NCBI RefSeq assembly: GCF_001194135.2
Contig: NC_068981.1
Location: 66,453,567-66,517,566, forward strand
Source of the DNA: Octopus bimaculoides
Taxonomy: Eukaryota
DNA length: 64,000 bases
Direction of reading: 5' to 3'
The position numbers and the translations under genes were made by a program. A model generated the notes under the pieces. The model was given only the letters and a program-made list of their open reading frames with translations. It made no database searches and was not told the origin of the DNA. Shown piece by piece: positions 1-13,725 of the stretch (within the stretch, counting starts at the first letter, position 1; every line of letters starts with the position of its first letter).

Positions 1-524
1 AGCTGAGAAATCTAAAGTTCATCAAAGAAAGTTGAAAGACTGAACACCTAAAGCAACTTAACAAATTCTTTTAAAATTTTAAGAATTGTTTGAATATAAT
101 ATTTAAGTGGATGTAACACAAAAAACTATATTCAATGAAAATAATATAGGATTGAAAAATTGTATTCTTACAAAATTTAGAATAGAAACATTGTTCTAAA
201 GAATGCAAAATAGGTTAATTAAAATTTCAAGTCTCAAATTTTCTAACACTTATATGTTTATAAGCCTATAATGCTTTTATCAGATCCTTTTTAACAGAAG
301 CCCTTAAACTTGATTTGACTGTTTTGGATGGAGAAAAAGCCACTGGATGTTAAATGATAATGATGATGACAATGATGACTTCTGTAATCCAATAATTACT
401 TCCAACTAACTCCACAACTGTAATTGTACTACCCCATAGAAATATCACCAAATGTCCATCAAATCATACCATCAAACTTTAAATAAAAAAGATGTAAGAA
501 CACATGGACAATGTAGTCACAGGT

Positions 525-1020
525 CATCATCATCATCATTGTCGCTTAACATCCGCTTTCCATGCTGGCATGGGTTGGATGGTTTGACTGAGGGCTGGCA
601 AGCCAGAAGACTGCACCAGGCTCCAATCTGATCTGGCAAAGTTTCTACAGCTGGATGCCCTTCCTAACTCCAACCACTCCAAGAGTGTAGTGGATGCTTT
701 TTACGTGCCACCAGCATGAGAGCCAGTCAAGCAGTATTGGCATCAACCACACTTGAATGGTACTTTCTACATCCCACTGGCACGGGAGCCAGTCAGGCGG
801 CACTGGCAACGACCACACTTGAACGGTGCTTTTTACGTGCCACCGGCATGGGACCAGTTAGATGGCACTGGTGTCAAGCACACTTGGATGGTGCTTTTTA
901 TGTGCCGCGGCACAGGAGCCATTAAGGGAGCACTGGCAATGATCACGCTCGAATGGTGCTTTTTACATGCTACCAGCACGGGATCAGTCAGGCGGCACTG
1001 GCATAGACAAATGTAACGGT
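525..1020 (-). mobile_element. RTE LINE 3'UTR fragment with (GAT)n tail
   Basis: catcatcat...aacatccgctttccatgctggcatgggttgg...ctggatgcccttcctaac motif, shared with the RT-bearing copies at about 9, 53 and 55.5 kb. Confidence 0.85.
690..1005. repeat. About five degenerate ~65-bp tandem units inside the RTE 3'UTR
   Basis: Unit consensus tggtgctttttacgtgccaccrgcacgggagccagtcaggcggcactggcaacgaccacacttgaa is visibly repeated. Confidence 0.85.
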
Positions 1021-4013
1021 CATGCCTGGAATGTTTCTATTCACAGGCCTGTTCGTGCAGGGTTCACTTGGGACTAAATGAATTTAACTATGGAAAGCAT
1101 GTAATGTGCAATAGCTACAATGACCTGTGCAAAAAGTTCCCAACCTAGTTGATATGTGTTCAGTGTGTAGCTATCAGAGAGAAATAAAAGCAGAGACTTA
1201 TAAACATCATTAAAATACATTATCAAACTTGCATTAAAAAATAAAAGCAAAAATAAATAAAGTCCCACAGAGTTCTGATTTCCTTTACTTTATATGCATA
1301 ACCTTTGACATTTTTATGTATCAGTTTCAAATCATTGGTGTTTCTATGTATTTTACAGTTATTACATCAAGTAATCATGACTCCACTGCAATGTAGGAGT
1401 AATGGGTGAACAGCTTTCAGCTAGGCTAATGGAGACCTATGTAATAACAAAAGTGGGTGTGTTGATGAAAATAAAGCCATTGAAAATTACAAAGTGCAAA
1501 TAGTCATTTTTGCTTTAGTCACAGGTCATCCCTGACTGACAAAGCAAAGGAGTTCTAACTATGACTGTCTCATCTGTTTTTCAAGATGGTGTGCAACACA
1601 GTTGTATGATCTATATATAAGGTAAAATATGACTTGAACATTCGGTTGCTATTTCTAGCAAGATGAACAACTGCATAGATGCTGCACTGTTGGTTTGTAG
1701 AGTATAAAGTCAATAAGGTAGGTAACTGGTTACAAGTGGTGCATTGTGTTTCTGGTGAAGACAACTGTCAATGCCCAACACTATTTACCTGTATATAGTT
1801 ACTGTAGAAAATTACTGTTCAAACACTGTAGCCTACAGAGAGCAATGTACAACCAACGAGAATTTTACTTGCTTGTAATTCTCAATCAGCAAGTTCCAAA
1901 GTGAGAACAATGAGAAGAAATGGCATGCAATGGCATTTTAGCTATAATGGCACAAGCTGAAATGACTTTGACCGAAAAACCAACATTATATAGTTTTAGC
2001 AATGCAAGAAGCCTACCTCTTGCTCTTGAATTATTAAACACAGATGAAATCTTCAAGTGGTAAATGAAACATGAGAATCCAAAGAAATTAATGATGTTTT
2101 GTATTGGCAAATAGTCAAATATGAAAAAAAAGTTTGCAAAGTGGAATAAATTAACCATGAAGAGGAGGAGAAGTAAAATGTTTTAGGTAAAACACTTAAT
2201 CAGAGAGAGTGGGGAGGGGGGAATGTTTACTGGTAGTTCTGGATAAACTGATAATAACTCAACAACTCAATAGATTTCAGGATAATAAAATATGGTGAAG
2301 TGGTCCCCCGCTCCTTTAATTGTTTTTATATTTTACCACTCAGATGTTGTTATTCATAGAAATGTTGATAAATGGGCTTATGTGGCTTGCTTTAAGTTAA
2401 AATGTGAATACATAAACCTAATTCTCAGTCTCCCAGTATTTTGTAACAATTCAATCATACAAATTCCATAGATATAATTACTGTGATAACTTTGAAGTAA
2501 AACATAAGGTTTCTTAGCTGACTTGTTATGATATGCTATACAGTTAGCCATTAGAGATATATCTTAATTCATACACAGCAGTTATAGAGTATCATGATAT
2601 ATGACATCATTATCTACTGTAGAAAAAGAAAAAAATATTATTATATTAAATACAAAAAGGAGAGTACTTTCAGTAATAATTTTGTTAATTTTGTCCTTAA
2701 TAACACTGGTTAGTAGAGTCAACAGTATATTGGGGCAAATGTCTTTCTGTTGGAGCTCAAATTCCATGTAGTGGCTACTATGATATTATGAAAGGAGACT
2801 AGAGAGAAGGAAAGAGAAAGGATAAACTGTATTTAAAAAGAGGAGGAGAGACAGACAGACAGACATATAGAGAGAAAGAGCAGTATAGAAAAAAGAATTG
2901 AGATAGACAGACAGGAGCAGATAGATAAATATCTATGCTTCATAGTTAAAGTAATGAAAGAAACTGCAAGTAAAAGGACTGTGAAGGAGGCATAGGAACA
3001 AAAACAGTGAAACCCACACATAAATATCATACATAACAGAAACACAGGAAGGTGGGGAGAGGAAAGGAGACAGCTATTAACATTACAATGGATCACTGTT
3101 CTAAAAATGTAAGATTTACAGAAAAGAAAAAATGTTATTTTTAAACAAACGTTTTTATTTTTTAAATTAACAGTTTACATTAAAAGGAATGGCAGTTATT
3201 GGCAACATTCATTGTGGTGCATGCATGCACACTTCTTACCAGCAATAAGTAAGGGTTCTTGTAGATAATAGACTGAGACTTGTTTGTTTGTGTGTGCGTA
3301 TAAATATATGCACACATACATACACTGAAACATGGTTGGTGCTGGGAAGGGTAACCAATTGTAGAAACTAAAACGAAATGCAAGATGAGGTCAATTAACC
3401 AGCAGTAACCCTAGAATATGCACTGAATCCTACAATAGCAACCTGTCCAACTCATGCTAGCATGGCAACTGGGCATAAAGCAATGATGATGAATACACAC
3501 ACACAAGCACAGTAAAAGCTGCTTATGGTGATCACTTTGGGATGAAACTTTTTCAAAAACAATAACTAACATTAACATAAAGCAGAGGATGTAACAATAT
3601 CTGGGCCCTTGACTGTAATAAGCAAATAATTTTGAATAGTTTGGACACCTACTAATTTTGAAAACTTTCTGAGTACATTATTCAGCTTATAATAAACTGC
3701 TTTGTTGTGTGTATATGATATATACACACAAAACAAGCCAACCAAACTTAACACACAACTATCTCCCTGCCTAGCACTAACATATGATTCCACCACCACC
3801 ACTATACACTTACCATACCTCAACTTTAGTTTTGATCTCACTAGTGATTATAGTGGTTGTGCAGCAGTTTACTTTGGAAATTTTGATAACTATATCCAAT
3901 ATTTTGACAAACAAGCATATACTTTCACTGCCATAAACCAAGGTAAACAGTAAACAGACAACTGCATAAACTGGGCACATGCTCCATACTGTTATCTTCA
4001 GGACGATGTAAGT

Positions 4014-4275
4014 CAGTGATTCTCAACCAGTATACATAACACCTTGGGTCCATATGAGATTGGGGGAGGGGCTCCACACGAGCAAAATAGGAAATTGGGT
4101 CCACAGTAGTATTTTACAGGGCCACGAAAATATTTTGCCTTAAATGTTTATTGCAAGAAACAGCTAGGTTTCTTTCTCTGACGTTTTGCATAGTTCAACC
4201 TACACAAGTTAATGTGGGAAAAACAAAATCAGAATTTTGAAAGAACTATCTATACAAATAGTTTTTTTAAAAATC
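4014..4275. mobile_element. hAT/Charlie-like non-autonomous element end
   Basis: Begins CAGTGATTCTCAACC, resembling the termini at 13833 and 58638. The other end was not found. Confidence 0.4.
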
Positions 4276-4279
4276 AAAT

Positions 4280-4548
4280 GGTGTGGCTATGTGGGAAGAA
4301 GCTTGCTTCCTAACCACATGGTTCCAGGTTCAGTCCCACTGTGTGGCACCTTGGGCAAGTGTCTTCTACTAGAGCTTCAGGCCAACCAAAGCCCTTGGGA
4401 GTGGATTTGGTAGATGGAAACTGAAAGAAGCCTGATGTATATATGTGTGTGTGTGTATCTTTGACCCCCACCACCACTTGACAACTAGTGTTGGTGTGTT
4501 TACATCCCTGGAACTTGACAGTTCAGCAAAAGAGACTGAAAGAATAAA
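4280..4548 (+). mobile_element. tRNA-headed SINE, family A
   Basis: Head ...ccacatggttccaggttcagtcccactg (B-box-like), body cttgggcaagtgtcttctac...gtggatttggtagatggaaactgaaagaagcc, then a TA/TG tract. Confidence 0.8.
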
Positions 4549-4742
4549 TCATCATTTAACATCCGTTTTCCATGCTGGCTTGGGTTGGACGGTCTGACAG
4601 AACTGGTAAGCCGGGGAGCTGCATCAGGTTCCAGTCTGATTTGCTATGGTTTCTATGGCTGGATGTCCTTCCTAATGTCAACCCCTCCAAGAGTGTAGTG
4701 GGTGCTTTTTACATGCCCACTACACTCTTGGAGTGGTTGGCG
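4549..4742 (-). mobile_element. 5'-truncated RTE 3' tail ending in a foldback
   Basis: RTE tail motif plus an inverted duplication at 4677-4742. Confidence 0.8.
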
Positions 4743-5742
4743 TTTTCATTCAACTAAAATTCTTTTAGGCAGTAGCCCAGTATGGCTGCAGTCTAATGAC
4801 CGAAACAAGTAAAAGATAGAAGAATATATATATATTTCACTTATCTTCATTATGTATAAGATAATGATGTGAAATTTCACTATACTTAAGTGGGTAAAAT
4901 GACGCAGCAATCTCTGGAGTGATCTGCAGTACTAATACGATAAGTAGCAATCTCCACAAAGATCAGTCATTAGTCAAGCAGGCCATACATAATACAGAAT
5001 TATAAAGACACACACAACTATCCATCCACACAAACATTTTCTTTTTGTCTTCCAATATCTATATTGGTGAAATTATTAGTTCTGTGTCTACAAAGCCTGA
5101 CATCAGGTGGACTGTTGTAAACTTGCAGCCAATTCAGCTCAAGTAAAAGCAAATACTCTAGTGCATTTCTCCTCTTAACAAAGCTACTAATTAACAATTA
5201 ACTTCCATCACATATCTTGTTAAACAACTATTGTTTCAATATGGTTTTTGGTTGTGTACTACTTAAACTCAATACCTGGAATTTAAAGTAGTCAATGATT
5301 ACACTGATACACAACTACAGAATTTTTCTACAGAGCAGTAGTTATTAACAAAATGGGAATTATTCCATTGCTCTCCTTAACCACCTACTGCAGGAGTAGC
5401 TAAAATCACAGAAAGAGCAAAGAGAAAATAAAAAGTAACCATGAGGGCATTCCTAAACAGATGTTTGATTTACTGCTTACACCTTTCATATTCAATGTTG
5501 CTAAAAATAAGAGTTAAAATAACTCAAAAGCCACAAAAGCACTGAACAAAGGGAGGTAAGTCCCCAGCTTACATAGTTGGATCGCAATTTCGGATTTTGG
5601 TATAGACCATATTAATCCTCATCAGCAACTCTTAATGCCTAGGATTAAATACTTAACTACCTCTGTCAATCTTATAACAAAAACTATTAAAAACATATGA
5701 TTTTCAAACGGTAAAATTGTAAACAACAAGTTAAAAAGATAC

Positions 5743-5747
<5 letters not shown>

Positions 5748-5810
<63 letters not shown>

Positions 5811-5828
5811 NNNNNNNNNNNNNNNNNN

Positions 5829-5879
<51 letters not shown>

Positions 5880-6108
5880 GCATGTGTATGTGTGTCTGTA
5901 TTTGTCTTCCCGTCATCGCTTGACAACCAGTGCTGGTGTATTTATGTCCCTGTAACTTAGCAGTTTGGTAAAGGGGACTGATAGAATAAGCACTAGGCTT
6001 ACACAGAATAAGTCTTGGGGTCAATTTCCTCAACTAAAACCCTTCAAGGTAGTGCTCCAGCACGGCCACAATCAAATAACTGAAACAAGTAAAAGAATAA
6101 AAGAATAT
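5748..6108 (+). mobile_element. SINE family A 3' half with (TG)n(TA)n microsatellite
   Basis: Microsatellite followed by ...tcgcttgacaaccagtgctggtg...gactgaaacaagtaaaagaataaaag, as in the full copies at 13143 and 45263. Confidence 0.8.
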
Positions 6109-6490
6109 CCACTTTTCCATGCCTGCATGGGTCAGATAGAATTTGTTGAGGTAGACTTTCTATGGCTAGATGTCCAACCCGTCACCAACTTTCACCCATT
6201 TCCAAACAAGTTAATATTTTTCCATGGCTAGACATTTTTCTTACAAAAGATTTGCAATAAACAACTTCACTTGTATAATGATGATGTTCATTTATTACCA
6301 TCACATGATGTCTAAGCAAGAGTATGCACAAAGACATACATATACATACATGACAGGCTTCTTTTAGTTTCTGTATACTAAATTCACTCACAAAACTTTG
6401 GTTGGCCCTGGGCTTATAGTAGAAAACATTTGCTCAAGGTGCCACATGATTGGGAAGAAAACTTCTTTATCATACAGCCACTCCTGCACC
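6108..6490 (-). mobile_element. SINE family B (family-A head, different RTE-like tail)
   Basis: Head and body as family A at about 6340-6490, then a different 3' region ending ...ctacctcaacaaattctatctgacccatgcaggcatggaaaagtgg. Confidence 0.7.
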
Positions 6491-6869
6491 TATTGTTAGA
6501 TATTGTAGCTATTTTCCAATAGTCATTGGAAAATGATAGTGTCTCAAGAAATCCATCAAGATTTAAAAGCCCTGGTGAAGCTTTTTGATCAGGTGCTTAT
6601 TCCAGACAGCTCGGTGGATAGAAGAAATGTAAAGTGGTCTGCTCATAAATAATGACGTGACTGGAGTGGGTTTGAAGTCAAGAATGTAAGCAAATATCCC
6701 AACACTTCATTCAAACAACCATCTGTCTATATTAAAATCTTATAAGAGGAAAGATGTACTTAACATTGAGGCATCGCTCTAAAGATTTTCTTATAGTTTT
6801 CAATTTTAATTTATATGTTACTTTCCTCCTCAATTCAAGGGTCTTATTGGTTCCTTGGTAACTTCACTA

Positions 6870-7056
6870 GCGCCAGTAGCAGGTAAAAACTTACCCAGTA
6901 TGCTCTGTAAAGCTGTTGGTGTTAGGAAGGGCATCCAGCCAGAGAAACCATGCCAAAGCAGATATTGGAGCTTCACTCAATCCTCTGGTTTGCCAGCCCC
7001 TGTTGAACCAACTAACCTATGCCAGCATGGAAAGCAGACAGATGATGAAGATGATG
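6870..7056 (+). mobile_element. RTE 3' tail fragment
   Basis: ggtgttaggaagggcatccagcc...gccagcatggaaag...gatgatgaagatgatg. Confidence 0.75.
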
Positions 7057-7494
7057 AAAAAGAAAGAATTCAGTACTCACAATATTTACAATATTGTACT
7101 CACAATATAATCCCAGGAGGGATTAAAAATTGCAGTATATCAAAACACTGACTGATATTTAAGTCACAAGACTATCTAACCAACAGTCCTAATAATTAAT
7201 CTTAACCAGTAAGACCATTGTGTTATACCTCTGAACAACGCCCTTAATTCTGCTAACTCTAGCTTACCTAAATGACTAATACAGGTTCTGCTCCTCCTCC
7301 CTGGTTGAATGATCAGTAATAGAAAACATATCTAGTTGCAACAATTAATTTTCCCCTCACATAAGCACATACATGCACAAAAACCTGACTAATAACAGTA
7401 TGGAGAAAATGGGTGTAAAACATTATAAAAAGTAGAAAAGAAAATTTGGGTTGATAACAGTTAAACATACATATAAAAACTAAGCCAACAAAGA

Positions 7495-7682
7495 AGCTTC
7501 TATGTTGTCAGTTAGTCTGCTAAAATTAGCACTCAAATCAGACATCCTAGTGTATCAAAAATAAGACAATGGCTAATGCAGTTCTATATCTGAGAAAGAA
7601 AAGGAAAAAAGAGACAATTATGGTTGGAATAACTTTGTTCATAGGTCTGCTTCATCAGAACTGATTTAGGACTAAACAATAT
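7495..7682 (+). mobile_element. Short interspersed repeat family C (degenerate)
   Basis: Matches the copies at 59300, 61560 and 62340 (ctgctagaaatagcagcc...gatcataggtctgc...ggctaaacaac). Confidence 0.55.
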
Positions 7683-8559
7683 ATGTCTAAGTTCACAAGT
7701 GATTGTCACTACTAAAGTCACCAATGTATGATAGAGGTCTTCATATGTAACATAGTGATAAAGTGAAGTGAAAAGCAGATTAACTAAGACTCTCCATGCA
7801 ATTAAAAAACAAAAAGGTTCCTCTAAAGGTGTTTAACTCTAGCATTCAGATTACTGTCAAATGTTTTGAATTAATTATGCAATATCTCTCCACCCTGAAG
7901 ACGGAGGCTGAGGTTATGGTAATGTCTATATGCATCCACTACAGTTTGCATATTCTTGACTTTTTGCACACTCCATCAACCAATATCACAACTATTATGT
8001 AATCTCAAGCCTTCAGAAACAGCTGTCAGACCCGAAGTATCATGTCCTCCCACAAATAACATAAGAACAACAACTAAATATAATAGATTAAAGCCATTAG
8101 GTTTTGAATGCAATAAAAGAGTATATTCCATAATTGCTAGATTTGTAATGACTGATCTCAGAAATGCAAATTCATATTCATTAATTTGGCTATTAACTTT
8201 TCTTTTGTGTGTCAATCTGACACAGCATTTCAATTAATTTATTTTCTTTGTTTTCAGTGCCACTGTTGTCATTATTATTTTACAACCAGTGTACCTGCTG
8301 GCATGAGTTGAAAGTAACCTCATGGTCTCAGTCAGTTATTTGGAGTTATTGCCCTTCTAGACAGATCAAGAACCACTTCTCATTCATATGTTCCAGTTTT
8401 AGCATGGTTTCTATGACTTTCTAATGCCAACCACTCTACAGAGCAGACTGAGTTCATTTATTGTAGCTCTAAAGCTAGAGATTGCCTTGCCCTTGATAAG
8501 AATAAAGGGTCCTCTTGCTTGCTATCTCCATTCATTTGCCACCCACTTTACAGTGCATA

Positions 8560-8925
8560 ATCATCATCATCATTTAACATCTGCTTTCCATGCTGGCAAG
8601 GGTTAGATGGTTGGACTGGAACTGGTAAGCCGCAAAGTTGCATCAGGTTCTAGTCTGATTTGGCATGGTCTTTATGGCTGGTTGCCCTTCCTAACACCAA
8701 ACAATCCAAGAATGTAATGGGTGCCTTTTACATGCCATTGGCATGAGTACCATTTACATGTCACTGGCAACAGCCACGACTATGTTTTCACGGGTGCAAT
8801 TTACACGACACTGGCAATGGCCACAATTATGATATCACTTGGCTTGATGAGTCTTCTCAAGCACAGCATATCGCCAACAGTCGCAGTCATTTGCCATCGC
8901 CTCCGTGGGCCATCACCTCTATGAA
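8560..8925 (-). mobile_element. Older RTE 3'UTR fragment
   Basis: catcatcatcatttaacatctgctttccatgctggc...gcccttcctaacaccaa. Confidence 0.75.
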
Positions 8926-8929
8926 GTAG

Positions 8930-9930
8930 TCATCATCATCATCATCATCATCGTTTAACGTCCGCTTTCCATGCTAGCATGAGTTGGACGATTTGACTGA
9001 GGACTGGTGAAACCGGATGGCAACACCAGGCTCCAGTCTGATTTGGCAGAGTTTCTACAGCTGGATGCCCTTCCTAACGCCAACCACTCAGAGAGTGTAG
9101 TGGGTNNNNNNNNNNNNNNNNNNNNNNNNNNNNNNNNNNNNNNNNNNNNNNNNNNNNNNNNNNNNNNNNNNNNNNNNNNNNNNNNNNNNNNNNNNNNNNN
9201 NNNNNNNNNNNNNNNNNNNNNNNNNNNNNNNNNNNNNNNNNNNNNNNNNNNNNNNNNNNNNNNNNNNNNNNNNNNNNNNNNNNNNNNNNNNNNNNNNNNN
9301 NNNNNNNNNNNNNNNNNNNNNNNNNNNNNNNNNNNNNNNNNNNNNNNNNNNNNNNNNNNNNNNNNNNNNNNNNNNNNNNNNNNNNNNNNNNNNNNNNNNN
9401 NNNNNNNNNNNNNNNNNNNNNNNNNNNNNNNNNNNNNNNNNNNNNNNNNNNNNNNNNNNNNNNNNNNNNNNNNNNNNNNNNNNNNNNNNNNNNNNNNNNN
9501 NNNNNNNNNNNNNNNNNNNNNNNNNNNNNNNNNNNNNNNNNNNNNNNNNNNNNNNNNNNNNNNNNNNNNNNNNNNNNNNNNNNNNNNNNNNNNNNNNNNN
9601 NNNNNNNNNNNNNNNNNNNNNNNNNNNNNNNNNNNNNNNNNNNNGGCCTACCTCTTCCACGGGTTCCCTCAACTGTTAGGGTGTGGCACTTTTTCACGCA
9701 GCTATCCTCCTCCATTCTCACCACATGTCCATACCAGCGCAATCGTCTCTCTTGCACGCCACAACTGATGCTTCTAATGTTCAGCTTTTCTCTCAAGATA
9801 CTTACACTCTGACGGGTATTCACATTGACATTACACATCCAACGGAGCATACTGGCTTCATTCCTTGCGAGCTTACGTATGTCCTCAGCAGTTACAGCCC
9901 ATGTTTCACTGCCATGTAGCATGGTTGTTC
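8930..9930 (-). mobile_element. Young 5'-truncated RTE LINE (ORF C-terminus plus 3'UTR, spans an N gap)
   Basis: ORF track gives MLHGSETWAVTAEDIRKLARNEASMLRWMCNV...RRLRWYGHVVRM, a typical RTE C-terminus. Near-identical to 55531-56220. Confidence 0.9.
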
Positions 9931-12900
9931 GTACGTGTGCATTTAACCATGGCACCAACACAAGGGGGAAGGGGTCATTCTCAACAAGACTAAAGAGTTC
10001 TATCTATTCTACACTTATTCAAGGCAATGTAACAGAGAGAATGAAAGAGAGAGAACCAGTGTGATAAACATAGAAACTACGATGAGGAAAACAGTGCTAG
10101 AGGCTGTATTAAAGGGCAAGAGACAGAAGTATGCAGCTTCATATTGGTTGTTGATGAAGAGATTGAATAGAAAAACAGAATGAGTGGTAATGTGGGGAAG
10201 AGAGATTCATAGCAAAGAGTTCATGTCTCAGTAGTTGCCTCTTTCTTGATCAGGTCCTTTGTCTTTGAAGCAATTGATGATGAAATAGCTATGCCAATCA
10301 TTGAATATGACAGCTTCTGATATTACCAACTTAACTATGTAATTGATTTCCTTTATTAGTTACTAGCGGGACCCATGAATATTTCATGGAATTAATGGCA
10401 AACCTATTGGGTTATTTCTGAAGATGTTATCCAAAAAATTTGAAAGTGTAGCCTGTGTTGTGTCTGTATAAAAAGATAGTCGCTCATCTGTTACTCATTG
10501 AAAAGTGAAAGAAATTGGAATACGATGATTACTTAATGCACTTTGTATATACACTTTATATACTTTATGCACAATTTTATAGACTTAATACACAGCACTC
10601 ACAAAATAAATATTCACTCTTATTTTTCCATTTTTCCCCACAAACAAAAAAATAATCCCATACATATGATACAACCTTTAGTTAAATTGTATATAACTGC
10701 CACATAAATATTTCATAGAATTGCACTTATATGCATGCGTTAAGTGATAGGTGATATAAAAATCTTAGTTCAGTAAAAAAAAAAAAAAAAAAACTTTTCA
10801 CTATACAATGACCGCCACAACCACCACCACCACCATCATCTCTCTCTCTCTCTACCTTTCTTTAACCTCACCATCAGAACATCACCCCTTTGCTAAAATT
10901 ATATTTTTAACTCTCCTCCTCTACCTTCAACTGACTTTTTTAACCACATAATATTACATTCTCCCTACCTCATGTCATGGATGCTTTTCTCTCCCACTTT
11001 CTGTCTCACTCTTTGCCTTATCCTCTTTTTCTCTTTTTCTTTCTCTTTCCCTTCAATTAATCACATGAATGCATTACAGTTACATTCCCTCTAACTCATC
11101 ATGGATGCTTCTCTCTCCCTCTTTTCTTTCTCCCTTTTTTTTTTATCTCTAATCACCTGAAAGTATTAGCGACGGGCTAAGTAATGCAATGACAAACAGA
11201 ATTATTATAAGATTTCTTTTAAGCCTCTCAGCAACTACATCTGAGGGACCAGTTGCTTTCTCTGCTACCATATCCTTAATCATACTTTTGATCAAACAGC
11301 TGACAATCTCAACAGCTGTCTGCTCCAATCTATGTAACTAAGAAAAAAAAAACAGGTTTCATTTCTTTGAAATGATAATGGTTAGCATCAGGAAAAGTAT
11401 CCAGTGACAGAATCAATAATTCCAGCAAAAAACAAAAAACAAAAAAAAAAAANNNNNNNNNNAAAAAAAAAAAAAAAAAAAAAAAACACATAAGAACCAT
11501 CAAAATCCCAGGTTTATGAGTTCAATTTTGGTTTAAGGATGTACCCCAATGATAAATGTTGGAAATATTATATAAAAAAAAACATCAAGAAAGAAATAAC
11601 CTGTCAAAGAAACTAAGAAAGAAAAAATTATACTCTTCATTAAAGAAAACAATCGAAACATTAAATTAAAATCCCTTTGCTGATACTATTCAGGTTTTAT
11701 AATTAACAGTAGGTTATATTTAAAATGTTTATTTAATAACATAATACCATCCATAGAATATTATTATTGTGTAGTATACGAGGTCATTGCTTTCTCAACT
11801 CTGTACTGATTGTTTATAGTAGAGACAAATTGCCTTCAATGTCAAGGGTTTCAAGTGGAGAGTTGAAATTTAGAGAAATAATGTCTATGCTATGATAAAG
11901 AAATGTTTTATCTTCTGTGAGGTGCTGAATTAAAAGAAAGTGTGAATGATGAGGCTTTCCTTAGTTGAAAGTATAGGTGAAACATTATCTATAAGATGAT
12001 AGAATGCAAATAAATTAAGTGTAAAAGCACTATCAAATTGTAGAGCTACATATGTAAAGAACAACACTAGTGGGATGAAAAAGTGCCATAAATTATGTGA
12101 CAGCAGCTGACAACTAGAGTGCAAATAAGCTAAGGAATACTTGATTAGAGTTAAGATATAATTTTATAATGTTCCTAAGATATGTCACTATATTTAGTGA
12201 AGTCATCAGAGGTTGCAGACACCAAACTTATGTCAACTATCTACTGAGATACAACTTTAAGGAAAGGTAGTAAGAGGAAAGAATATATAAAAATAATTAA
12301 AATAAAACTCAAAGAAAAACAGAAGAAAATGAAAATTTTGATTTTAAATCTTTCCATGCTACAATTGAACATGAAGGCTAATAAAAATTCCCTGGTAGTT
12401 GTATACATCTGAACTAAGACAAAGGTTAAATAAATAGTAGCAGCTTCTATTTATATAAATACTATATTATCAACAACACCATAAAGGACACAGTTCCACA
12501 TTGTATATCAGTGCACTTTAGCACAAACAGCAACAAAATAATAATTATGAATGGGTTGTTTTTAGAACAAACTTTAGAAGCCCATTCACAACCTTAGTTG
12601 AAATACCAGACAGCTATTACTGGAATATTTAAAGAGAAGATTACCAGTCTGTTGAACTGTAAGACTAAAATCTTGTGAATAATTAGTACTTTACTGTGCA
12701 CTAAGAAGGACTGAAAGACTACTTAAGATAGTTCAAAAGCATCTAACTACACCTTAAAATTGATCATACAATTATATGTCCAGTTATTAGCATGTTCACA
12801 CTTTGAAATTCAAAGTGTTTACTCAAAAAACCTAGTAGCTTGAATGTAATGTATTTAGATGTTAATATGGACATACATTTGTGGTTGGTTTTCATCATAA

Positions 12901-13142
12901 TTAAAATAGGAAGAACAAATTCTTTATTATCTTCAGACAAAATGAACAAAAATTTTTAAATGTCAACGAAAATAATTAGAGGAAGACTGTGAATACTGAT
13001 GAAAAAGTGAACTGTTTAGACCAACCTTTGTACCCTTGCGTAACCCTTAAAATAAATTACATGTCTCAAGGAACCCCTGCATAAAAAAATTATATACCAT
13101 ATCTTTCTCTATTTTTTTCATCGTAGTTCATGTGGTAAATAT

Positions 13143-13298
13143 CAGGAGTGGTTGTGTGGTAAGAAGCTTGCTTACCAACCACATGGTTCTGGGTTCAGTC
13201 CCACTGCATGGCACCTTGGACAAGTGTCTTCTACTATAGCTTCAGGTTGACCAAAGCCTTGAGTGGATTTGGTAGACGGAAACTCAAAGAAGCCCATC

Positions 13299-13355
<57 letters not shown>

Positions 13356-13556
13356 TGTGTGTCTGTGTTTGTCCCTCCACCATCGCTTGACAATCAATGT
13401 TGGCGTGTTTACATCACCATAACTTAGTGGTTCAGCAAAAGTGGCCGGTAAAATAAGTACTAGACTTACAAAGAATAAGTCCTGGGGTCAATTTGTTCGA
13501 CTAAAGGTGGTGCTCCAGCATGGCCACAGTCAACTGACTAAAGCAAATAAAAGAAT
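13143..13556 (+). mobile_element. Full-length SINE family A with central (TA)n
   Basis: tRNA-like head, body, long (TA)n at about 13301-13352, and 3' part ending aagcaaataaaagaa. Confidence 0.88.
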
Positions 13557-13618
13557 ATATTTTTTTGATAACATAATAGGTTTGATAGCATGATGTCTAG
13601 ATTACAATAAATAATAAT

Positions 13619-13725
13619 GGAGCCTGGTGTTGCCATCCGGTTTCACCAGTCCTCAGTCAAATCGTCCAACCCATGCTAGCATGGAAAGCGGACGTTAAAC
13701 GATGATGATGATGATGATGATGATG
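13619..13725 (+). mobile_element. Young RTE 3' tail, heavily 5'-truncated
   Basis: ggagcctggtgttgccatccggtttcaccagtcctcagtcaaatcgtccaacccatgctagcatggaaagcggacgttaaac(gat)n. Confidence 0.9.

Noticed and set aside
690-1005. Repeat array superficially like a CRISPR
   Set aside because: Units are contiguous degenerate tandem copies without unique spacers, lie within a LINE 3'UTR, and the DNA is eukaryotic with no cas genes.
3841-3942. Plus-strand exon-like segment DYSGCAAVYFGNFDNYIQYFDKQAYTFTAINQ ending AG|GTAAAC
   Set aside because: No recognisable family and no partner exons; consistent with chance.
7976-8233. ORF containing LFVGGHDTSG, reminiscent of the P450 I-helix
   Set aside because: Only a 5-residue resemblance, no convincing splice sites, and no other P450 motifs in the window.
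10370-11185. Possible Helitron-like ends (actagcgggaccc ... gcgacgggctaagt)
   Set aside because: The terminal motifs are too degenerate to support a call.
13143-13215. tRNA-like sequences at SINE heads
   Set aside because: They retain only box-like motifs, continue into SINE bodies, and I could not fold a cloverleaf; not called as tRNA genes.
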